From the NCBI GenBank assembly GCA_965153455.1, contig OZ234493.1, positions 19,458,213-19,522,212 of the forward strand: a DNA stretch of 64,000 nucleotides, given 5' to 3'. Each line of letters begins with the position of its first letter. The stretch's first letter is position 1. Position numbers and translations under genes: made by a program. Source of the stretch: Sphagnum compactum (taxonomy: Eukaryota). Below are positions 53,975-64,000 of the stretch, piece by piece. The notes below the pieces were generated by a model. That model did no database searches, was not told the origin of the DNA, and saw only the letters and a program-made list of their open reading frames with translations.

Positions 53975-56900
53975 ACATGCACACATGATGAAAAATGCTC
54001 CATCATAAATCACAATCTACTTGATAAAAACACAATTCTAATATTTTTCATTCTATGGCCAACTTTTATTTTTATTTTGTGTTTAGAACACATTTTTATT
54101 GGATCATAACCGAACTCATTACATGTTTTCACATTTGTTCCTTCCTACTACCTTTATACATACAACTTTCCATAATATTTTCACAATTGCAAAAAAACAT
54201 GCATTTGTACAATTCATGAGTTTTGAAACCCAAAAATGAGTTGGGACAAATAAAGAGAAGATTGAATACCATGAATAATGTCAAACCAATGGTTATTTTC
54301 ACATGTTAAATGCAAAGATATTTTTTTCATTTTCACATTTTGCATTGACATTTATTTCTTTGTTAACAACTTTTTGTTAATGTTCACATATCCACATGAA
54401 GCCTAACTAAACAACACATGTTTATATCTCAAACAAATGACATGTTGAAATGATTTTGATGTAAAAAATTTTTGGCCAAAAAATAATAATGATATGATGC
54501 AATTTATAATATGTAATAAATTTTCTTTATTTGCACAAAGACAAGTAAAAAAAAACTCTTCAAATGTTCTTTAAACAAAAAAATAAAATCATTCCTATAT
54601 GAAATTGAGATGTGAAAAAACACAAAGACCACAAAAACATTGTTCCATTTCATTCAAAATAGGTTCCAACTGCCATAATCTATTTTGGTACGGAGAGATG
54701 AGTCGTGGACCTTAAACTCATCTTACTTATACCAAGTCCGAATTGAACTTGTCACTAGAATATCACTCTCAATAAATATTCATTCTCTTGTGATTCACAT
54801 ATTTTAAGTTTATCCACAAATGACAATTTTCTATCCATATTGGATGCAATGCATCCATCATAATTCAATTTTCATCCATGAAAGAAAATAGCCATAATGG
54901 ACATGTAACAAACATTAACTTAAAGGTGCAACATCGTAATTTATTGTTGTTCCTTCTTGAGTCCATGATTTTAAGGCTATTTTGTTTTACATCCAAGTCT
55001 TTGATACATGCCAAAGTCCAGTTCAAATCCCCAAATAAGTTAGTTGTTTACAAGAGTTTCCTTTTTTAAAATTGGTGAAATTTCGCCAAAAAGGGAAATA
55101 AAAAATTAAAAAATCCAAAATGAACTAATTATAGAGGTTTTTAATTGCTGGAAGTGAGGGGAAAAAAGTGAAAATCATTAGATTTCTAAGTTTTGGTTTA
55201 AAATGTGTAGTTGAAAAGCATAGAAGGATGATTAAAGATTTTTACTTCATATTTGATTTATAGACATATTTTGTTAAATCTTTTGAAGGATGGTTACCAC
55301 TTTTTCTTCATCTTTCTATGGCCGATCACCTCTTTGGCTCCAATAAGAAAACTCATAATAAAAACATTGCATTGGACTCCTTCAACTCTCTGCTTTTATG
55401 TCATTTGGTCCGAATTGTTTCCACTTCATTTCTCCTTAATCAAAGCTTGGAGCCTCTATCCACAATTGTTTGAAAAACTCCCAAATGAAAATACAAAATT
55501 TCACAAGACATTTGTTGATCATTTGGAAATATCTTGCTCATGCAATAAATGCAATTTCGTGTGCATAACTTGAGATCTATACATGTAGACACACTTGCTC
55601 TTGTGTTTTTTTTCTTTGGGTGAAATTTTACCACTTGGCAACAAAAAAAAAGAAGGTAGTTTGAAACCTACAAATGGTTTTTTTTGTTGAAAAATAGCCC
55701 AAAGTCACTGTATTTTGAGGAAAAAAAAAGATGAAGTTTGGACCCCTGAATATGCATAGGATCTAGTAATACCCAAAAGGGCCATATAAAAGGAAGAAAT
55801 GGTTACTTTTGATGCATGGTTTTCTTCAATGATTTTGCACTGCTCATGATTTTGACCTTTGAATGTAATGACTTCTCAGTGCTTGAACAATAAAGCTCTG
55901 CTTTCTCAAGCACATTGTCAAATTACCACCTTGCCTCCATCTGAAAGGATTGCTTAGAGTTTGCAAAGATTGCTAGAAATTGTTGCGTCTAATTTAGGGC
56001 TTTAAAACTGGTAATCTTGCACACTCCCCATAATGTCTGACTGTTCTCTTTTGAAAGCTTCAGAATAGATTGCATATATGGGACTTGTGCACATATCAGG
56101 GACTACATATGAAACCCATTCATTTAGTTTTTGCCATCTTTTGGCTATGTACCTCCAAATGGTGAATGGGGACTCTTTGATTGAATGGGACTGGAATTGT
56201 TGAAAGAATTGGAAACTTGTTTTGCAGAGTAAGGTTTTTTAGGGTTTAGGGTGCTCTGATTGTTTGAGGACTATATACTACAGATGGGCAGTGCTGTATT
56301 ATTTTGGCTGCTAAAATTGGCGGAGTTCATTATGTGGAATACCACTTGAATATCACTTCAAGAGCACATCAGGAAGGGTTTAGGGTTTAGGTTACTTTTG
56401 AGCATATCTGGGAGGGACTGCATTTGAGATCATTATGCACTTTTCTGTGCATATTTGTTTCCCTGAATGCGAAGGAATTTTTTCAATTCACATTGACTGT
56501 ACTCGCTAACATAACTTGGTAATTGGATCATGCACTATTTTCTGGATTCAATGAAGTGTGATTGTTTTGAGGATTATATACTACATAATCTCAGAGTGTT
56601 TGTTTTTTTTTTTTTTCAATTTTGTGATGTAGCTGAATTGGCAATCATCCATAAGATGATTTAGCCAGATTTGCCGACATACTAGATATGAAAGTAGAAA
56701 AGAACCAGAATCCTTCTATATTCTTGGCTACTTACTGGAACTTATCATAAAAATCTCGATTTGGATTTATTTATTTTTGAAATCTGGTGGATTAGGGTCT
56801 TTTCTCCATGAAAAATCCTTTGCGTAGGTCAAAATTGTATTTTTCAGGTCAAAAATTTGTGAAAGTTTTGCTCCCAAAAGAAAATGCTGCAACAGATGCA

Positions 56901-57569
56901 ATGGTGTATTTTGGCCACTTAATTGGTGAACTACATTATTTGGAATGCCATTTGAGTATCACTTGAAGAACATATATCTATGTGGTACTACTCAAAGCTC
57001 TTGTCTGTGCATGTCTAATGCAATCTAGTCACTGCACCAAAAGCCTCTATGTATTTAAGGAACTTGCTTGAAGTATATTTTAGCAAGCACGCACAACCAA
57101 AAACATGGAGCAACATGGCAGCTGTGCAGCTTGGGATACAAAGACAAGAAGGGAAGGGGCTGGTTAATGGGTTCACTATTAGCATGCATTGGGTGCAAGA
57201 TCTGCTTTGAAAGCTGGACAATGTCGATTATGAACATGCATCTCAAATATCCATACACAGGGCAATGGAACTGAAATTGAGGTTGCTTGGATACATCTTC
57301 AGGTAGGTCTGTATTTTCTTCTTCTCCCTTGTAAACATGTTCAATCTCACTCTACCTGGTGATGACAACAAATCAAAAGGTCAACAAAAAAAATCATATG
57401 TGCTTCAATATTTGAAAAGCAACCATTCCAAATTCCAAGATGATTTTCTTTTTGTGTGTGTGCGCATGTGTGTGTGTGTGTGTGTGAACAATGAATCGTA
57501 TACAAATCCAAAGGGAAATCTAACTTCCAAGCACAGCATACAAGGATGGGTCCAAACATAATTAATGTA

Positions 57570-57691
57570 ACTATGGAATGGTCAAGTCCCTGCCCATTAT
57601 TGTGTTGGGTAAGGCGCCAGATATGCGTATCATGACGAGCTAGGCAAGGCAGCCAAGATAATGGGCAAGGGTTACGCCATTTCCATTATAG
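57570..57691. repeat. Short foldback element
   Basis: actatggaatgg...ccctgcccattat / ataatgggcaaggg...ccatttccattatagt. Confidence 0.65.
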
Positions 57692-58318
57692 TAAGATCTT
57701 GGGAGGTAGAATCTATGATAAAAAAAAAAAGAACAAACAAATCATGTGTAACAAACATTTTGGTCATTGCTATAACAAGTGTATGATCATAACCGGAAGA
57801 TTATGTCATATAATCTGGTCAAGAAAATCATGTAATCTGCCACCTTAGATCTTAAGTGTTTTAATCAAGATTCAGAAGGGAAGATAAATATGAGGAAGCT
57901 TGTTCAACTACATACACCAAAATTTCATTCCCTTGGGTTAATCTTTTAATTGGGTCTCATCCTACAAATTTTTCAGTTTATCACTCCGATAATAATTAGA
58001 AAATGGTACAGGACTGGATGATTAGTTCCACGGACCAGGAATTCTGTCAGCCAAATTGGTGGCAAGTGACAGAATTTCTGGTGAACTTATTGAAAAAGGA
58101 TCAGAACTTGGAAGAGAGGAGGAGGGGTTATGTAGGTATGCATTGTGTCCAAAATTGCAGGCTGACAAATTTAGAATAATTTCACCTTGGAATTGTCCAT
58201 TTGTGCATTATTGTTGAACTTTCATCTCTCTCTCCCTCTTCCCCTTCAAATGGATGAAACCCCAGAGCTTTACCAATTAATAGATTAAATCACAGTTTTA
58301 ATTCACATGTGTCATGAA

Positions 58319-58481
58319 CAGTGAATTTCTTTTTTTGGCAAATACTCATCACTTGATGACCAAAAAATTTGGAAAAATTTGGAAACACAATTTGAGCTGC
58401 AAATTCAATAAAAAATGCCAAAAATTTGGGAAAATCGCCAAACTTTTGAAACCATTAAACTGATTTTTAAAAAAAACACTG
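58319..58481. mobile_element. hAT-type MITE with a perfect 8-bp TSD
   Basis: gtcatgaa-CAGTGaatttctttttt...aaaaaaaCACTG-gtcatgaa. Confidence 0.88.
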
Positions 58482-59989
58482 GTCATGAACCAAGGCTTCG
58501 TCATGTATGTTGTGTTCTTTTACAAAGCCCTGGTTCATACATGAGAGATAGAACTTCATAGTTTCATTCATTGGCCAGAGTGAACCAGCACACCATCCAC
58601 GGGATGCCCATTATGACGCACTTGTAGATGAACCTCAACTGAGTTAATATCCGGTTTCACCTCGATAACTCATACTATAAGAAGTAGGTCATATGTATGG
58701 GTAGGTAGGTTGAAAAATAGGCAACTACTAGGTAACTAGATGGTTTACACATAAGTAAGGGTTGTTTTTACTACTTATTTACTAAGAACCTGCTTGTGGG
58801 TTGTTAGTAGGTAGTAAAAAAAAGCAACTGAGCTAACCATCATGGTTAGAGCCAGGGAACTGGAACCCAACAGGAAACTGTTTCCTGACTACTAACCATC
58901 CATCCTCATGGATGATCCATCCTTCATGGTGCAATCATGGGTGCTCATTCACTTCAGCCTCATTCATTTCTGTGTAAACTATATGTGATGTGTTTACCAT
59001 AATTTGACATTAATGTAATATGTGGCCATGACAAAAAATTCAAGTGCCAAGGCCTAATTTTAATTGGTTCTTAAAAAAAAAACTCATATTTTGTTTTAGT
59101 GAATAAAATCTGAAAATAGGCTCCAAATTATATACTCTATACTTTTGTTCAGTGCTTTCTCTGCAGAGTGTGGGGTTTCTTTCTGTAGAGGAGTCTGGTG
59201 GTATGCATGGTTGTCCACTTTGATGACCACTGCCAAAACAAATTATAGTCCTCAAATTGCACATGTTGTGTACTGTATAGCTGATCTGCTTCACATGTGA
59301 TAACTGTGATTTCTTATTTGTCTTTGTAAGATAATTTTGCATGTTTAGGCAAAGTCTCCACACTCACTTGGGCAAACACTAAACAGAGGCAAATCAATTT
59401 AAAAATCCAGTACGGTTGATGACACACTCTCTGATCAAGGAGTTTGAGCTTTTCAAATTATCACACATTTATATATGTACTCAGCATATAATTTGGTTTC
59501 TGTAAAACTGTAAGCAACTGGTGGTAGCAATTGAAAGAGGCAGTACAAATTTGTGTTCAAAGCTAAGAAGAAAAAGAGTAGGTACTCAGATGGAAGGAGC
59601 TCATTGGACTAGGTAACTGGAAAGAGGCCACCCATTACTGGAAGAAAATAGCTTGGGTGCTCCAGCTAGCTAGCTGGTAACCCGACATAACCAGTGACCT
59701 TTACATCCATAATCTGCTCAACATGTGAATGCAGATTGCTAAATTTCATCTGTACCATGGATATGGGTCACTGTTTGTCCATGCATGGAGTGAGATACAT
59801 GCAGCTTTAATTGTGCGATATAATTGGGGCATGGAGGTCCACTCAGGAAGCAACACATCAGCATGTAACAACCTGGGGGATTTGTGCAGTGTATTTTGGA
59901 GGGTATCTATCTTACCAGGTGGAATTTCTTGCTCTAGATTCCATGTAAATTCCCTCAGCAGCTCTTCATAAAGCTTCTCGGTTGTTATG

Positions 59990-60086
59990 AAGGGGAAGGA
60001 GCGGCTGTAAGTGCCTTCCACCTTGGGGCTTAGGTTCTTTCCTGGGTTCATGGGGTGGAAGGTATTGACAGAAGTGCCTTCCCCTT
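59990..60086 (+). ncRNA. Candidate miRNA precursor hairpin of unknown family
   Basis: Stem of about 45 bp with loop UUCUUU. Many arm differences are G-U wobbles on the + strand. Confidence 0.55.
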
Positions 60087-61717
60087 GAGCTGGTTATTTG
60101 TTTGTGTTGAACTTCCTTTCCTCTCTGTTTCTCGCTATTCAAATTTCAAACTCTCCAGTCCTGTCCTTGAAATTTGCAAGAGAAAAGCACTTCGATTTTG
60201 CAAGTGGGTTGGTGGTTGATCAATTGATTGCAAGCCCAACTTGAACTTCAAACAAATATTTTGACTTAGATGAGACTCTAGAGTGTAAAAGTTGTTGTTG
60301 GTGGAATCTCACATATGGTGAATACAAAGACTGACATTGTGATTCGTAAGCCTCCACACCAAATTTTTTTAAAAAAAATATTGTTCTATGGAGCTGCTGC
60401 TACAGTACAGTTTGTTTTCCTTTTCTTTCTTAGAGAAAGAAACGTGTGTCGGCATGGCAGGCAAAGGTCAGAGCCAGCTATTGCGACAAAAGATGGCAGA
60501 CATTACATGCCATTCAAGTGTGAGAAAATTGGTTTTTTAATACCATCGGCCATAGTTTATGTGTATGGTTAAGCGACAACCTGAATCTAAATGATAGCTT
60601 TGAAAATCTTTTGAGACAGAATATTTTTCAAAGCTTCAGAGAAAACCCAAGTCAAAGGATTTGACTAGTCCCCAATTAGGGTTTTTTGGGAGGGGCAAAA
60701 TTTTCACCACTTAGCAACACACATAAATCCAGTTCAACTCATGCAAAAGGATTTTTGTGAAAAATGTGCGCCAAAGTCACCAAATTTCACGAATGAAATT
60801 TCTGAAATTGCCATATTTAGACAATACAAAGTCGCCAAAATATAGCAGGATTCTTAAATTTTTTTTACTTTCCTCCTTGGCCTGTTGCCAAATTTGGCTA
60901 ATTCCTCTTGTGGATGATGGCCAGTGTGACTACATCACAAAATTGAGGGAAAAAAAAAAACCCTCCTCCAAATGGTGTCTAATGTGCTTTTAAAGGGCAC
61001 TATGCAATGAGGTGTGGCTTGCAAATGTAAAATTAGCTAATGGGCAAAGCTTTGTAATTCCACAGTGTAACAACTTACCTTAATCGCAAATTCAGTACAT
61101 TCAATGACCTTTAAACTTTCCAACAAAATTAAGTATGTGGACAACAACTACCTAAGCAAAACAAAAATTGTCGTCACACACGATTTCTAAAAGTTTTTAA
61201 CATCCTTGTATAAAATGAATTCTTTGCATTCTTTAGATTTGAAAAAATGAAATTATTTAGACTATAAATAATATATATTTTAGGATTGAATTGAAATTAT
61301 ATATTTGGTTTAATTGCATTTCAATGATATATTTTCGTAGCAAATGTTGCAGTATTTTTGGTACAAAGGCCTCATCTTCAACCACATTCTAATTTGTTAT
61401 CCAAAGAACACAACATGTCCTGGTAGCACTTCCTTGGGGTAATACTCCAACAACTGGTCTCAATGCTCAAATTGTAGTTAGACATATCATAAGCAAAAGA
61501 GCTCTCCTCCTTCATTACCCTAGTACCTTGGCCAATAATTATATGATTTTCAGAAATGTTGAAAATTTCAAACGTTATTTCTTCCAAATCAAAAAAATAT
61601 TGTGAAGGATAGGAGTGAATATTTAGGAATATTTCATTTGTCGAAATGAAAATTTCAAAATAATTAATTATTTGATGGACATGTGTTGAAATGGCCAAGG
61701 TACTTAGGTATTATGTT

Positions 61718-62010
61718 CATATTGTGTCAATGGTTCTTTAGAGAGTTTAGATCACTTTTATCTTGAGGCAAGCCATTGTTGTCAAGAAGATATTTTCTAG
61801 GCTTGATGCTTTTTTAGGTTTCTCATTCGTCTCCTTGTCAGAATGGCTTCACACAACCAATGAGAGATTTAGGACCTAGGTGCACTCTTTTGCAACCTTG
61901 GGTTATGCTTTTGTGCTGATGGGTGATGTCTCTTGGTTGGTTGTTGGTCTTCTTCTTGTTTTTCCTCCCTTTCTCTTTCCATTTGCGAGCTTTACCTTTT
62001 CAAAAAAAAT
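61718..62010 (+). mobile_element. Second CRE-like non-LTR 3' fragment
   Basis: Similar to 31805-32095 in translation and 3' tail. Confidence 0.5.
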
Positions 62011-63689
62011 ATTTAGGCATGTTTTCATCATCATCATATCTAGAGAAGAATTGGATGTTTCTAATTTACGACAAGTACATAGTTCACATTCATCAATACT
62101 AATAAAAATTAAAATCCTTTGATTTTGAATAGGATTGTTTCTTGAGGTTGAAGTCACAAGAGCGACCACATTCTATAACCAACGCAGGCAATGTACAAGA
62201 AAAAACCCACCTAATTCACTAAAACAAACTTAAGGAATTTCTTCTATCGTCTCTATATACAACATCACTCCATACAAGCTGCAAGAACCCAATCCACCGT
62301 TGTCATTATAAAATTGCCGTCATATATATGTACTGTACTCTTGCTATAGTTTACAGCTTCCTACTGTGAATGCACATTTATGAGTGCTCGAAGGCACATG
62401 TCCCAGTTGCTTAAGGAGTTTCCTAAGCACACATTTACATACGCCTCAAGTGAAAATGTTTTCTTTTTGACGAATTTTTGCACCACAGCCACAGAAACAA
62501 TCTAGTGCTACTCATGCAAAGGATTTTTGCAAGGGGAAAAAAAAGCGAATTTTTTCAGATTTTTTGGACTTTTAGTTTTGTTTAAATTTTAATTAAATTA
62601 TTTTTAATTTTTAATTTTAAAAAATTCCCCCTGAAATCACGGTATTTAAACAATAGGTTCCAGCAAGCCTCCAAAGTATATGAGGATTTTTAAATTTTTT
62701 TACTTTCCTGTGTGACCCATAGCCAAAATTTGGCTAATTCCTCTTGTGGACGATCGGCAATGTGGTTACAACATCAAGAAATCCAGAATTTGTTGTCAAA
62801 GCAAACATCAGCTTCAATAATGTATTTCTGGCAAAACCATATTCAGATTCATCAAAGAAGTCAAAGAAAATTTATGGCGAATGCAAACATCAGGTTCATG
62901 AAAAAGCAATCCAAATAATTTGTGGAAAAAGAGCCCAAAAAAATCACATTCATCAAGCATAGCCTAATTAAAAAGAATTTCTTTTTTGACAAACCCAAAA
63001 TTCAAAATTCATTAAAAATAAATTAGGTTACAGAATTTCATCCTTCCGTCTTTTAGAAGCCAACAAGTTACAAAGACCCCTAACATTATATTTGCAATAT
63101 ACTTGTTAATGCAGATAGTACAAAGAGTAGGTACTGCTGCAATTTTTTTCCCCTTGTCTGCCCTTTGCCCCATTTTTTCCCAATTTTATGATAGGGGGGG
63201 ACAAAGACTGTTTGAACAAAAGAGAGAGAGAGAGTAAGAGGAGGAGGATTTGGGTTTTGGCTGGTCAGATGTTCCGGGTAGAGAAAAAAATAAAACTCTT
63301 GTCATATGTAGCTGAAGTTCATTACACAGTTTAGCCAAATTTGGCTGTAAACAGGATATGAATGAAAGTAAAAAAAGTCTAAGCATCCTTCCCATTTTTG
63401 GCTACCAGGCTAAAACCCAATAGAGAAATCTGGTGACTAGAAAACAAAAGAAAAACAGAAGTTTTTAGCCATTTTGAGAAAAATATTTAGCCCGGAAAAA
63501 AAACTTTGAACTTTGAAAAAGAGACAGACAGACAGAGAGACAGAAAAGGGTTTGGGTTTTGGCAGGTCAGATTTCCCGGGCAGAGAAAAAACCAAAAATA
63601 AAATTTTAAAAAATTGGTTATTAGTAAATTACCTATTCAGCCTGGCAATGAAAGGTAATTTTTTTCTCGCCATAATTTTGGCGTTTAGC

Positions 63690-63801
63690 GATTCGTCCCT
63701 AGTAGTAGTAGTTTTCGCCATCGCCACTGCTGCTGCTGCAGCTGCCGCAGCGGCTGCTGCAGTTTGCCTGCGCAGTTCACAGTCTTGTCCGTTGTCGCGG
63801 A

Positions 63802-63843
<42 letters not shown>

Positions 63844-64000
63844 CTTTCTTTCCGCTCTTGCTCTTGTTGCTGTGACGCTTTCTTTCTCTTCTGTTGCGAA
63901 CAGAACATGGCCTAGTTTGCAACTGTGCATTGTTCTTTGATCCCTGAGCTGAAAGAAAGAAGCTTGAGAGAGGGACACACATACACACACACGCGCGCGC
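63690..64000. promoter_or_regulatory. CpG-retaining, (CT)n/(GCT)n-rich segment, probably a promoter or 5' UTR of a gene at or beyond the window edge
   Basis: Abrupt rise in CpG content with a (CT)n microsatellite at about 63807-63838, resembling the MAPKKK 5' region at 42.2-42.9 kb. Confidence 0.5.

Noticed and set aside
56238-56392. Telomeric TTTAGGG repeats (AAACCCT-like motifs also at 1-240)
   Set aside because: Only 2-3 units each, so interstitial motifs rather than a telomere.
59746-60051. 101-aa minus-strand ORF as a protein gene
   Set aside because: No recognisable motif, and it overlaps a hairpin whose G-U pairing favours the opposite strand.
60065-60085. miR156/157 gene
   Set aside because: Only the first 10 nt match; the rest differs from the conserved mature sequence.
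63513-63990. Poly-Ala and ER-repeat ORFs
   Set aside because: They are translations of microsatellites.

Overview
AT-rich, CpG-poor eukaryotic nuclear DNA with spliceosomal introns. It is inferred to be from a bryophyte, probably a moss such as Sphagnum, based on the hydrolase-NLR class and the repeat landscape; this was not verified. The first 30 kb centre on an alpha/beta-hydrolase-NB-ARC-LRR (HNL-type NLR) locus at about 17866-23826. It has 36 near-identical 72-bp LRR units, about 17-18 further decayed units past the stop codon, and one in-frame stop in a hydrolase exon. The gene lies inside a roughly 25-kb nested inverted duplication: outer arms 4500-8319 / 25825-29615 and inner arms 8320-10461 / 14913-16935. 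The left copy joins the upstream and downstream flanks with the NLR itself missing. The centre holds an antisense NB-ARC fragment, a direct duplication, and a breakpoint exactly at a hAT-type MITE end. Downstream are Ty3/gypsy and non-LTR remnants, an archaeal-type RibB-like relic, an almost intronless NPK1/ANP MAPKKK gene on the minus strand, an MBD-like pseudogene with three TGA stops, many MITEs, and a miRNA-precursor-like hairpin at 59990-60086. All alignments and identities were judged by eye.
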